Source: Eledone cirrhosa
Lineage: Eukaryota
Assembly: GCA_964016885.1 (NCBI GenBank)
Contig: OZ024740.1
Location: forward strand, 151,280,001-151,344,000
Direction of reading: 5' to 3'
DNA length: 64,000 nucleotides
Part shown: positions 1 through 13,341 of the stretch, piece after piece
Layout of the letters: each line of letters begins with the position of its first letter
Position numbering within the stretch: position 1 is the stretch's first letter
Made by a program: the position numbers and the translations under genes
Notes under the pieces: model-generated
The model's input: the letters and a program-made list of their open reading frames with translations, nothing else
What the model was told of the DNA's origin: nothing
The model's database searches: none

Positions 1-2062
1 CAATAGCAACAACCCACCACATAGACACCAAACTTCGTGTTAGTAGGAGGGCCGATGGAAAGTTATCCTGAAGTAAGTGTATTGAGAAAGAAAGGAGGAG
101 ATTTTTGGCACCAGCACCTTAAAAGTGCCACAAATTATAATGGTGGTTCACAAATCTATCGAGACATACAAAACCATTGGGGAGTCTTCGCCTACGACGT
201 GGAAACACCTAATGGAAATTACCCCAGTGTAGTTTTAAAGGGGTTCACAAGGGAATCCCAACCAGTTCTAACCACCCGATCGCCAACAGCACCGGGAGAG
301 TTAGTAACACTTTTTCTCTCTTAAATATTTCCGGCCAGCAAGGCGATTTTAGGAGTAGGTTGTATAAAGGCACATGGCCTTGGGTCGTCCTATAAGCAAG
401 GTCGAATGATCAATCACACCAGGTTAATAACTATAGATGTGCCAGCTAAAGCACATGATATATGACAAGAAGGAACAAAAGCTGTTCGATGGATTCGAGT
501 GGTTGTGGCGCAGCATGGCAATAAATCCACTATTCTGTTTTGATGGACCGAAACGGGCGAGTACTGTTCGATTCCAAGCAGAAGTGGGCGGTTTTCTAGC
601 GGCATTTTGCACAACTGGTGGAAACAAGCGTATGTACTGAGACGGTGGAGGACTACAATACCTACCTCGACGGCCAGCCGTGAATCACGACAGAAGTTGC
701 GTAAAATCAGATAACAGCAGCCGAGATACGGGAAACGATAAGAGGCTGTATGAGGCGCAAATCATTTGGATTGGATGGTCTACCGTACTAGTTTTTCTTA
801 GATATGCCAGACTTGTTCTCCGATCTCCTCGAAGCTGGCTATTGAAAATGGCAGCAGAACTGCAGAATTCTCAGTTTGAGGCAGGTGTAGTAACGCTGAT
901 GAGGAATGACAAGAAAACAGAGGACGTTATCGATAATTTTGGCCAATGTGCTAGCAATGAGGTTCGCATTTTGCATCAAACATCAGGTAGGGGAACAAGG
1001 TCTATTATACGACAATCTTTCCCCTCGTGCGGTACACCATAGAAAAAGTAAATTAAGCTTCGGTGGTACTCTGAACAATTCAGATCCCATTACAAATTTC
1101 GATATGGTCAACCATCGATACCTGGATCTGTCCTCAAGGCTGTATTTCAGTATCATCTGCAGAAGCCGAATCATTGCTATGCACAGTGGCATCTTCTAGG
1201 TGGTCAGAGTAAATGGTCACATATTGGAACCGCTTCAGATCATGCGCTTGGTCTGTGAAGGATACCCTCTCACATCCGTGCTGTATGTTCGAACCATCAC
1301 TGCAGCAGCTGGAGATGTAGCAAGGCATCCCGCTCAAATCGAATCGGGGTGCAGTTGCGTCAGAATATGGCGACGATCTGACCTGATGGTGTCGAATACC
1401 TCGGAAATCACTGTGCTCGGCAATTTCTTAGAGGAATACGAACATTCGACGGGAGCAAAAATCAACGCGGATAACTTTGTATCTTTGAAACTGGGCACCT
1501 GGAGAGGGGAATCTATGCCTTTCAGCTGTCATGCAACGCTAGTCTGATGGATCGGTGAAGCTGCTCGGTATCTAGTTAGCTTTGGATCGAAGGATGGATA
1601 GGAATTGGAACGATGTAACGGACAGGGAGCTATCTCTGAAATATCGAGCGGAGGTGGCGAACGCGTCCATCACATCCGTCATGTTTTACTGCTTGACCAA
1701 CGTGCCATTCCTCAGTCTAAGCGTCACTAAATTGCAGCGCCATCTATTTCAGTTTTTCTGGAAAGGGCAAGGTTTTATATTCAAGTGGTCTATCTACTGC
1801 TAGTTCCCTTTGCGTGGCGGACTGGGCATGTTGTGGCTTTTGATGCGCAAACATGCGCTGAGGCTATGGGATTTGGAGATATTCCTAAACGGTGAACAGG
1901 TGAGATCGCAATTTGTTACACACGTTTTTTTTACTGAGTTGCAGTCGTGTGTCAAGTGAAGACTGAAACTGGGCACCTGGCATCTAGAATGGTGTCAGTC
2001 ATTCATACTAATTTCTAATAATCGAGCAATGCTATCAGTGGAAAATGCACGTTAGCAGTCTA
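1..2062 (+). mobile_element. Old, heavily deleted Tx1/L1-clade LINE (5' part; resumes at 5741 after the Helitron insertion)
   Basis: Fragments align with the younger copy at 59.7-64 kb: endonuclease start KAILGVGCIKAHGLG (~340) vs ADLRVGSVNVRGLG; RT VRVNGHILEPLQIMRLVCEGYPLTSVLYV and LKLGTWRG (1200-1547); KLQRHLFQFFWK; GGLGMLWLLMRKHALRL (~1815). Confidence 0.85.
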
Positions 2063-5000
2063 TCTATATATATAAATCTGAGGATGTGTGTGTTAAGGTT
2101 TGTAACTGATTCACGTCCACAATTTCCAACGGATTCTATTCAAAGTCGGGACAATTATTGCTCTTGGTCAGGAAAAGGTCATGAAGCAAAACAATTTCAA
2201 ATCCATCAACAATAAGGGCAAAACTCGATCATGATCATTCCCCCTCTCTATAATTTAACTGCTTTACTCTCTCTGTCGCTCTTCACTCCCTATATGACAA
2301 CACTGCAGAGAGAGAAAAAATGTGTATGATCAAATGGAGCGTTCCGTATATTCCCACTCTCTATACTTTAACTGCTTTACTCTCTCTGTCACTCTTCACT
2401 CCCTATATGATAACACTGCAGTGGAGCGTTCCGTATTGAGCGTTCCGTATTATCTGGGTCATTTTCAATCGGCTTATTCCAAATAACAACCCGCAAAATA
2501 ACACTTCATATAACAGATTAATGCTATAGACATATGAATCGGAATGTAACCCGTGAACTTTTTCCTGGGCAAAATTATTCGAACAGACATTACCTCATTG
2601 CCAGAGTGTTCAGACTGAAACTGGCTAAACTCATGGCTTTAATCGAAAAGGGTCAGGTATTTGGGGCTATAAAATGTGACATGTTCACCGTCGAATGGCA
2701 AAAACGAGGGCTGCCACATTTTGATTTGGTTAACTGATAAAATCAATTCAAATAGACAGCTTCATTTCAGCTGAAATCCCTAACCCAGCAACTGACCAGG
2801 AATTACATGACATCGTCAAAGCTAACATGGTCTGTGTGCGTCGGGTCCTATTGAGCATCACACGTGTCTGAAAGGCCGTAAGGGATACCCCTAAAAATGT
2901 GTTGACCAGACTCAGACTGGTGGCGACGGGTACAGGCGGAGCCGGCCCGAGAACGGTGGCTTCACCACAACAGTAAAGGGAGGTCAAGTCGACAATAGAT
3001 GGGTGGGCCATTACTGCCCGCTTCTCTTGAAGATGTTCAACGCCTACATCAACGTTGAGTTTTGCAACTCCGTCAAGTCGATAAAATACATATGCAAATA
3101 TGTAAATAAGGGCTCTGATGCCGTAATGTTCGCATTTCAATCTGAAAATAACAAGGATGAGGTCACAGAATACTTGACGGGGCGGTAGATCAGTAGCAAT
3201 GAAGCTTTTTGGCGCCTATTTGGTTTACTCCTACACCAAAGGCACCCCGCCATCGTACAGCTTGCGGTACATTTGGAAAATGGGCAAAGGGTTTACTTTA
3301 CGGACCAAACCACCGCCAAATTGGCCGCCGATCCGAAAGAGACTACTTGACGGGTTTCTGCAAACTTTGCCAGTTCGATACATTTGCGCAAACAATTGTG
3401 TACTCCCAGGTTCCATCCTACTTTATATGATCGAAAAACACTTGGGTGCGAAGAAAGTCAGGTCAGGCTGTTGAAAGACATCCTGGTGTAAAATTTGACA
3501 GCTGTCTTGGAAGGGTTTACACTGTATCCCCAAGTCAGCATGAGTGCTTTCATCTCCGCCTTCTTCTGCATGAAGTTGTAGGCCCACAAAGTTTTCAGGA
3601 CCTCAAAACTGTTGATGGAGAATTATGTGATACGTACCGGGAAGCCTGCTTTATGCGTGGTCTTTCGGAAGATGATTCGCAATGGGATTCCACGTTAGCA
3701 GAGAGTGCTTTGTTGAAATCACCTAAAGGTCTACGGGAACTCTTTGCTATTTTGCTTCAAAAGTGTGAATTGGGTGATCCCAAATATTTATGGGTCAAGT
3801 ACAGAGGATTTCCTGCGCCTGGCTCATCTGCAGTATCCTCCAGTGGAAGTTGGTTACAGCGACGTTATCTACAACAGGGCACTCATTGATATCGGGGACG
3901 CCCTCCTTAACATGGGTGGGAGTGAGTTGGCGACGTATGGCTTGCCGTTAACCATCAGAGAGGAAGCTAAGACGTTGTCCCCGGATTTGTTGCGGGAAAC
4001 AGCATTTGACATCGAATCTCTTTCCCAATACTTAAAGGAAAATGAGCCAAAACTTCTGTCGGACCAAAGGTTGGCCTATTTAGCTATCATTGACGCGGTT
4101 CAAAATCAGACTGTGGGTATTTACTTTCTCGATGCTCCTGGGGATACCGGAAAAACTTTTGTAACGAAATTGATTCTCGCTAAGATTTATCAGGAGAAAA
4201 GAATTGCGTTAGCCGTTGCATCGTCCGGGATCGCTGCTACTTTGCTGCCGGGATGCAGGACAGCACATTCAACCTTTAAACTCCCCTTGGATTTAGTAAA
4301 AACTGAGACACCAACATGCAATATCAGCAAGAGTTCACACGAAGCTCTGGTTCTCAAACAATGTTGCCACATTGTTTGGGATGAGTGCACAATGGCACAC
4401 GAGGGTGCCTTTGAGGCATTGGACAGGGCCCTGAAATACATTAAGGATTTTACGGCTCCTATGGGTTGCGTAACCCTTCTGCTATCAGGGGATTTTCGGC
4501 AAACGCTGCCTGTCATCCCCAAAGGGACATCAGCTGATGAAGTGCGTGCCTGCCTTAAGACGTCCATGTTGTGGCTCCAGGTGAAGAGTTTGTACCTGAG
4601 CACAAATATGCGTGCTCATTTGCATGGTGACATGTCTACAGCATTTTCTCAGAACATTTTAGCACTTGGTGAGGGCAAGGTCCCTGCGGATGACAAGGGC
4701 GGCATAGCAATCGACTTCCTGTGCAACATTGTGAGCAGCCCTTCTGACCTTTGGGAAGCAGTTTTTCCTAATGTCTCATCTAACTTTATAAACCTCGATT
4801 GGCTCACCGAAAGAGCCATCCTTGCTCCGAAAAATACCATGGTTAATTCTATTAACGAGCAATTGTTTGAGAAGATTCCTGGTAAAGAGCACATATTCAA
4901 ATCTATCCACCGGACGTCAGACCCCGACGATATCGTTAATTATCCGGTTGAGTTATTAAATACCCTTGAACCCCCAGGGCTCCCACCTTACATTCTTAAG

Positions 5001-5740
5001 CTCAGGGTTGGCTGTCCCATTATGCTAATAAAGAACTTGCGTCCACCAAAGCAGTGCAACGGTACTCGCAGGGTCGTCAAGTCACTGACGCCCCACTTGA
5101 TTGAGGCCACCATTGTAACTGGGTGCGGGAGAGGGGAGAATGTTTTCATTCCAAGGATGAACCTTTTCTCCTCGGCGTCAGATATCCCGTTCGATTTCCG
5201 GCGATCCCAATTCCCGGTGAGACCATGTTTTTCCATGTCCATTAACAAGTCACAAGGGCAAACATTGTCGGTGGCGGGCATCCATTTGGGGGGAGCCATG
5301 CTTCTCCCATGGCCAACTTTATGTTGCCTGTTCCCGCGTAGGGAGCAGGAATGGACTTTTTTTGCTTACACTCCTCAAGGGATGACACGCAATATCGTCT
5401 ACAAAGAGGTGCTATAGATGTTGGTGCAGGTATTGGAGGTGTTGGAGCTATGCCGTCTGGAAAACTATTTCCTGGTAGGGTCACCCATGGCGGACAGATC
5501 TGACACCCAGCGGCATCAGTGCCACCATCTTGCAACTTTGGTCTACTAAGTTCGCTATTGGAAGATTATTAACCCATCATTGATTGTTCAAAATGCTAAT
5601 TAGTTCGTAACTTTTAATAACCGGTTCAACTACTTTATGCACTTAATTGATAAGGTTATTCGCTTTCAAGCCACGTTTACCTGTATGTAACTTTTCATAG
5701 CAAATGAACAAATACGAGCAACGCCGGGCTAAACTGCTAG
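2063..5740 (+). mobile_element. Helitron, internally deleted (Rep N-terminus missing)
   Basis: 5' TCTATATATATAAA after A2062; 3' subterminal hairpin cgagcaacgccggg then CTAG at 5737-5740 followed by T; Rep and helicase remnants inside. Confidence 0.95.
2534..5417 (+). pseudogene. Frameshifted Helitron RepHel (HUH endonuclease + PIF1-like SF1 helicase)
   Basis: VEWQKRGLPH (motif 2, second His lost), KYICKYVNKG (motif 3), DAPGDTGKT, VWDECTM, GDFRQ, INKSQGQTL; several stops and frameshifts. Confidence 0.93.
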
Positions 5741-5855
5741 TAGAGTATAAATACAACGACGTTCTCGTTGACATTCTATGTGTTGACTAGAACGAACTAG
5801 CCAGTCTGATCTGGAGTACTTTTTTTTCGTGACCTATCAATAATTTCCAGTGCTA
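5741..5855 (+). mobile_element. Continuation of the Tx1 LINE interrupted by the Helitron
   Basis: Joining ...gcagtcta|tagagt... matches ...gacattctatagaggg... of the Tx1 copy near 60570 (minus strand). Confidence 0.75.
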
Positions 5856-5874
5856 TGTTGTTAGCTTTTTCGTT

Positions 5875-6310
5875 GTATACTTCTCCAGGTTTTAAATTGC
5901 CTTGTGTCATCCAGGACTTACAGGCCTTTCACATTAAAAAAAACAATTATATTCACCTGGGCAGATCCTCATCCATGCATCGGATCAAGAGAGGTTGCAT
6001 GTTCAATAAGACCAGTGTTTCTTCTCAATACTTGGTGCAACCTTTCCAGATAGTTTCAGGAATGCTATAGTGTTATATTATCACAGCTGCTCATGCAATT
6101 TGATATTGATTTTATCGGAAGAACATAATGGAGAGTGGAAATTGTGGGACACACTGGTTTAATGGGAGATAGTTATATAGCTTGGATTATATTTGGTGAT
6201 GACTTAAATTATATTGCTTGAACGGTGCATAAAGCTCTAAACATCTTATTTACAAGACATAAAATGTTTGGACTGGCAATTAATACAACTAAAACAAAGT
6301 TCAGAATAGC
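5875..6310. mobile_element. Very decayed LINE RT fragments (RTE-like), possibly in two opposite orientations
   Basis: Plus ~6180-6300 resembles LDYADD...GLxINxxKTK; minus ~5880-6070 resembles RT domains 1-3. Confidence 0.35.
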
Positions 6311-6784
6311 AATTACAATGTAGGAGAAATGATTGAATCCACAGAAAATTATAATTATTTAGGCACAGTTGTATCCAATAATGGTCTTCTTTATATAGAA
6401 TTTCCACAAGCAAAAGTAATGTTGAAACCATGGATTTCAAAATTAAATATCAACACACAGACAAACGGGTCTATATTACATTTCTGCTAATCATTTTTTT
6501 ATTATACATGTTCATATTGGGTTTCGCACAGTAGTTACTGTTTCAATTTTGGGGGGTTTTGAAAGTAGGGCTTTATAGTAAATGCTGTGGATTAGTTGGC
6601 AACAGTACACGTTGCATTGGACTTACGCCAGTTCCCACGACAAGTATTCCAGCTGCTTGAAATACGGAACGTCCTGCTCATGAAATTTCCATGCAAGTAG
6701 ATGATTATATATTTGTCTGTATGTATATCTATATGTCGGGGTGTATATATATATATATATATATATATACACCCTGACATATAC

Positions 6785-6855
<71 letters not shown>

Positions 6856-6871
6856 TATATACATATATATA

Positions 6872-6927
<56 letters not shown>

Positions 6928-6932
<5 letters not shown>

Positions 6933-7540
6933 GGAATAGAATGAAACGAAATTTCATTTCTCACTCTTAGTTACTTAAATGTAAGTATGCATGTATGTAT
7001 ACGTACATACACATATGTATACAGACGTACAGTAGTATGTATATACATACATGCACACATATATACATGCACGTATCGGTCCAACAAACAGCCCGAATTA
7101 AGCCGTACAGTGTTTAGGCAACCACGTCACCTTTTTGTTCAACACTGACACAAGAACGATGTACTAGTTTCAAGCTTATTAGCTATCGTCAGCATCGTAT
7201 ACCTTCCTGCCAGATTGTTGAACGTCTGAAAGTATATACTTTCCTTATGCATATTAACGGCTGAGCAGCCTAATTTGCATATCGAGTGAGTTCAGTCGGC
7301 GGGCGCACCGAAAACGACAAATGGAATAGAATGAAACAAAATTTCATTTCTCACTCTTAATACGGCACTTACTTAAATGTAAGTATGCATGTATGTATAC
7401 GTACATACACATATGTATACAGACGTACAGTAGTATGTATATATATACATACATGCACACATATATACATTCACGTATCGGTCCACCGAACATTTATTAT
7501 AATGCTCGGTTTGTTTGTAAACAAACAAACAGCCCAAGTT
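6928..7540 (-). repeat. Diverged ~1.5-unit tandem copy of the HHR-bearing repeat family found at 12-13.3 kb
   Basis: atggaatagaatgaaac...tttcatttctcactctta recurs at 6931 and 7321; homologous to the 12000 unit; abuts (TA)n at left. Confidence 0.9.
7156..7198 (-). ncRNA. Minimal type I hammerhead ribozyme (family A)
   Basis: acgatg-CTGACGA-t agc taataa gct t-GAAA-ctag-TA^catcgt; 6-bp stem I, palindromic stem III. Confidence 0.85.
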
Positions 7541-7566
7541 CAAATTGGAGTGCCACTCCTTATTTT

Positions 7567-7737
7567 TAAGTTTCTCTTAAGCTAACAATGTCTATATTTC
7601 AGCGGTCTATAAGATGGTTGGGGGTCGACATGGTTGATGGATTTAATTTCCCTTTTCTTTAAATCCATCAACCATGACCGACCCCCCCAACCATCTTATA
7701 GACACCTGAAATATAGGTATTGTTAGCTTAAGAGAAA

Positions 7738-7741
<4 letters not shown>
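7567..7741. repeat. Fold-back inverted repeat (~80-bp arms, 12-nt spacer) ending at (TA)n
   Basis: 7567-7646 is the near reverse complement of 7659-7741. Confidence 0.9.
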
Positions 7742-7781
<40 letters not shown>

Positions 7782-7882
7782 GGTAAATATCTCTCTGAGT
7801 ACTAAGTACCCATAGAGATATATAGGGTGTCTATAATATAATTGTTGTTCTATGGTACTAATTTGAGATACCAGAACTATCT

Positions 7883-7992
<110 letters not shown>

Positions 7993-7995
7993 ATA

Positions 7996-10870
7996 TAGTA
8001 ATAATAATAAATATGAAGACTAAAATCCGAAGAGAGCTCTATAAAGATTATATATATAAATATATATTAAAAACCGTAGAGCAAAAGTTTATGCAAAGAA
8101 TCACTGCTTTCACCCTTAACTTTGTATGGTGCATGCCGCCAAGGAAAGCATGATTCAATAGAATTTCACTTTGATTTTATTATTAGTCAGGTAACTAATC
8201 CATTCATTGGTTAGTGTAGCAACCAGATGGTTATTTGATTTTCAAGACTCTTTTGTCACATATTCTGTGACTTTATCATCGACTGAGATGCTCCTTCAAT
8301 TCAATTTTCTTATAGTACTTCCATCTTGTCTTTATGTGGTGTGTGAATGTTGAAGGGGTATGCTCATTTGCTTCGCGACTGTTTATGTAATCGCTGTTTT
8401 GTAAGCATTCATGTGTGTGTAACCTTTTTTTTCCAATCCCGTATGTTTCTGCCTATTTACTTTTATCTGAACATGCGGTTATTTTGTTTGGATATAATTT
8501 GGAGCCCCCCCCCCCCACACACACACACACACTAACACCACCACCACCACCATATAGCAGGAATTAAACCAGCCTTCAATAGAAAGCAGAAATGTAATTG
8601 TGACCACCCCACAACCGAATGCCAGATAAGAAAAATAATGTAACACGTAAGAATAGATACACAAGAGTGCACAAACAGACAGTTCTAATTCAAACTTAGA
8701 GCAGTATGTTTGCATTTTCTGTCAACCAATACACGTGCTTACATAGTAAATAACATCTAAAAATATATAGACATACACACATGGACGCACACACAAGAAA
8801 ACGCACATACCCACGTGCATGCCCACACACGAATACACTCACTCTCACACACACGCATCCGCATACTATACACACGACAAAAAGGCAAGATTGCATTACT
8901 AGAAGAAAATTGAAAGGAAGATAAAGTCTAGGTAGTCAATGGGATAGTCAATGGGAAATTTACAGATTTCAGAAACGTAATAATTAGCTGAAGATAACTT
9001 TACACAATAGACTGTCGATTTCAAAAGTCATAAATCATTTAATAGAAAATTGTCGAAATTAACACGATTGCATAAACAATGAAACATATTTACCTCATAA
9101 GTTAAAGAAATGTTTTAGGGATAGTTGTAATAAAGAAATGGAGCATTAACGAAAATATTTTATCATGTCTTAATATTTACATTTTTATTATTTGTGTAAT
9201 TAATTATATCATTAAAACCATAGTATTTTATCAATTTGGGTTGTAATCTGCATGTAGATCAAAGTTTTTAAAAACTTAGATAAATATTCCCGAAAAAAAC
9301 ACAGAATATTAATAGGTAAAATGATAAATTAAGTTTAATTTTGCTACAGAGCGATTACATATCATGAGCAAAATTGTTAAACAACAATAAATATGAATAT
9401 CCACATTCAATTCATACTGCAATTGTTTTAATGCAGTAATTTGTCTATTAAATAATTTTATATCTATTGAAATCAATACGTCTATTATGCGAAAATATAT
9501 ATAGTTAAGCATTTAAATATTAAAGATTATATGCGGCTTAGTGAAAACCTTTTTTCAATTATAATCATCATAGATAAAACTTATAAAATGCTAGATCTTT
9601 CGACACAAATTTATTGGTGTAATTCTGCTCTTTAAATTATAACCATTTCAAAAACTATATAATCATATGAAAAGTATTAAAATATGATAACCTCATAATG
9701 AAGGTATGGCTGGTTGTAATATTCGTATTTCGACAACAAATGAATATAAACGTAAACTATTGTTCCATCTAAATTCTATGTTAAAATCCTGTTCATAAAT
9801 AAATGTTTTTTTTTAAATACCACCCTGTCGAATGCCGAGTAGTTTTTTACTACACTGTTACACATTCGAAATAAATTAAACGGTTTTCTATTGCTAATGT
9901 GTATGTGGAATGTGACGATTATTTCGTCATGAATTTAACTTTTTCAAAAATATATCTGAATATCTAGCAGAAGTAGTAAGGATAGCCTTGTACAATATTG
10001 GTACAAGCTTGAGATACATCTAAATGTTTTATATTGTTAACATATATACTGATTTTATTATTTATATAAATATGATATATTCATTTCTTTCATTGCATAA
10101 GAGTATAGAAAATCATGAAACAAAAAATGCGTTGACAATGAATGTTATCATATTACTTATTACAATGCATTAATTTCTATTTTTTAGAGTTGTTTACACT
10201 GGAATGTACCTCATTGACATCTCTCTATGATTGGATGGTCATATTTGGTAGTATGGCCATTTAAATATAACTTAATCGGTATGTGAGTAATGTTTTTACT
10301 TAACACCTTAAATTGTATTTGTTTTTATATGTATATCTATATATTACTATAAGTCTGTGATTACTTGCATGCTTGTTTGTCTATTATGTAATACAGCCAA
10401 AAGGGCGCATAATGGGGATATACTTTGAAAGGATGTTGCCCCTGAGATGGGAATACAAATGGAATAAAACAAATTTCGCGAAAATCGGACCACGGGTTCC
10501 CGAGATATGGGTTTTTTCCGGGTACCTTCATAAACAGAGAGAGAGAAAGATTTGAGAGGAAGATATAGTCGTTGTGACAGAGTAGATTGAAAGAGAGATA
10601 TAGAGAGAGAGCGAGGGGAGACAGAGAAGGAGAATGGAAGAGAGCTTGTGGTCTTGTTGTGTGTGTGTGTGTTTATCACCAGTGTATATAGATCACAGAC
10701 ACCTACATTCTGCGTTTCAGAAGAACCCGTTAAGGGTGAAAGCAGCGATTCTTTGCTTAAACTTTAATCTGTTATTTTAATAAATATTTGCTCTACGGTT
10801 CTTATATATTTGATATATATTTATCCTTATCAGGCCCTCTTTGGAATTTAGTCTTCAAATTTATTATTAT

Positions 10871-10875
<5 letters not shown>
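7996..10875 (+). mobile_element. Decayed Penelope-like element with inverted terminal pLTR-like repeats
   Basis: 7996-8120 is the reverse complement of ~10729-10875 and both abut microsatellites. Degenerate PLE motifs occur in the expected order at 9200-9805: IISLKP*Y, KFLK-LDKY, NR*NDKLS, CNCFNAVICLLNN, KDYMRLSENLF..YNHH (GIY-YIG region). Confidence 0.6.
10337..10700 (+). mobile_element. Possible non-autonomous Helitron/DINE-like insertion
   Basis: TCTATATATTACTATAAG start, aaatttcgcgaaaatcggaccacgggttcccgagatat core, internal GA/GT microsatellites; 3' end unclear. Confidence 0.35.
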
Positions 10876-10917
<42 letters not shown>

Positions 10918-11028
10918 TAAAAGGAATTCCAACTTTGTCTGATTTACTCGTTTTATTTACAATCCTTTAAAATTATAATGGTATTAGAATGAAATAGTAT
11001 GGTAGAATATTAAATGTTAAGTGTTAAT

Positions 11029-11067
11029 TGAACAAGTACTTTCATGCTTTCGCAATCTTCAGGTTCA
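11029..11067 (-). ncRNA. Minimal type I hammerhead ribozyme (family B); mirror copy at 11141-11179 has GAAA>CAAA
   Basis: tgaac-CTGAAGA-t tgc gaaa gca t-GAAA-gtac-TT^gttca. Confidence 0.8.
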
Positions 11068-11230
11068 TAATGTGTAGTGACTGTCAAGTTTGCAATTTTC
11101 AACTGTTGAAAATTGTAAACTTGATTGTCACCACAGAATATGACCCTGAAGATTGCGAAAGCATCAAAGTACTTGTTCAATTAACACTTAACATTTAATA
11201 TTCTACCATACTATTTCATTCTAATACCAT

Positions 11231-11602
<372 letters not shown>

Positions 11603-11621
11603 TATATATATATAATAATAT

Positions 11622-11662
<41 letters not shown>

Positions 11663-12305
11663 TACAAATATATATATCTATACACGCAAACACATCTATA
11701 TATATATATACATACACACTCGTATATATAAACGTGATCCAAAGTGTCACGAGTGGTCTAGTATATATTAAAGCCTGATTAGTTTCTCAATTGATATATC
11801 TCAATATATCATTTTAAAATTATTTTATATCATTGATACTCTAAACAAAAGTTTGTTGAGCTTTTACTGACAAACATTATCTATATATATTTTATATATA
11901 TAGATAATGTTTGTAAAATTAAGATTATATATGGAATAAATGAAATTTCATTTCTCACTCATACATACTTATATTTAAGATTATATATATATATATAAGT
12001 TGAAAAAAATGAAAACGAAATTACATTTCTCACTCTTAGTATGGCACTTACTTAAATGTAAGTATGTATGTATACGTACATACACATATGTATACAGGCA
12101 TACAGTAGCATGCATTTATATATATATATATATATACCCATATGCATACAGGTACACATACATATATGCACGCATCAGTTTAGCCGACGTTTATTATAAC
12201 GCCGGCCGCTTTGTTCGTTTGTTTGTCAACAAACCGAACAGCCTGAATTTATGCCATACGGTGTTAAGGCAACCACGTCACCTTTTTGTTCAACACTGAC
12301 ACAGG

Positions 12306-12350
12306 AACGATGTACTAGTTTCAAGCTTGTTAGCTATCATCAGCACCGTT
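12306..12350 (-). ncRNA. Minimal type I hammerhead ribozyme (family A)
   Basis: aacggtg-CTGATGA-t agc taacaa gct t-GAAA-ctag-TA^catcgtt. Confidence 0.88.
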
Positions 12351-12781
12351 TACCCATCTGCCAGATAGTTGAACGTTCGAAAGTATATACTTTCCTTATG
12401 AAAATTAACGGCTGAGCAGCCTAATTTGCATATTGAGTGAGTTAAATCGGTCAGGCATACCGAGAACGATAAGTTGAAAAAAATGAAAACGAAATTTCAT
12501 TTCTCACTCTTAGTATGGCACTTACTTAAATGTAAGTATGTATGTATACGTACATACACATATGTATACAGACGTACAGTAGCATGCATTTATATATATA
12601 TATATATATATACACATATGCATACAGGTACACATACATATATGCACGCATTAGTTTAGCCGACGTTTATTATAACGCTGGCCGCTTTGTTCGTTTGTTT
12701 GTCAACAAACCGAACAGCCTGAATTTATGCCATACGGTGTTAAGGCAACCACGTCACCTTTTTGTTCAACACTGACACAGG

Positions 12782-12826
12782 AACGATGTACTAGTTTCAA
12801 GCTTGTTAGCTATCATCAGCACCGTT
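12782..12826 (-). ncRNA. Minimal type I hammerhead ribozyme (family A)
   Basis: Identical motif to 12306-12350. Confidence 0.88.
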
Positions 12827-12982
12827 TACCCATCTGCCAGATAGTTGAACGTTCGAAAGTATATACTTTCCTTATGAAAATTAACGGCTGAGCAGCCTAA
12901 TTTGCATATTGAGTGAGTTAAATCGGTCAGGCATACCGAGAACGATAAGTTGAAAAAAATGAAAACGAAATTTCATTTCTCA

Positions 12983-13341
12983 CCGTTAATTTTCATAAGG
13001 AAAGTATATACTTTCGAACGTTCAACTATCTGGCAATGGGTAAACGGTGCTGATGATAGCTAACAAGCTTGAAACTAGTACATCGTTCCTGTGTCAGTGT
13101 TGAACAAAAAGGTGACGTGTTTGCCTTAACACCGTATGGCATAAATTCAGGCTGTTCGGTTTGTTGACAAACAAACGAACAAAGCGGCCGGCGTTATAAT
13201 AAACGTCGGCTAAACTGATGCGTGCATATATGTATGTGTACCTGTATGCATATATGTATATACATATATATATATATATATAAATGCATGCTACTGTACG
13301 TCTGTATACATATGTGTATGTACGTATACATACATACTTAC

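Larger units (their letters stand above)
11997..12982 (-). repeat. Tandem array of ~476-bp HHR-containing units (retrozyme/pLTR-like), 2+ copies
   Basis: Near-identical units starting ~12000, 12474 and 12950; HHR spacing 12306 to 12782 = 476 bp; left end at (TA)n. Confidence 0.95.

Noticed and set aside
6592-6970. ORFs rich in [16 protein letters not shown] or LSLS, here and throughout the window
   Set aside because: Translations of dinucleotide microsatellites, not genes
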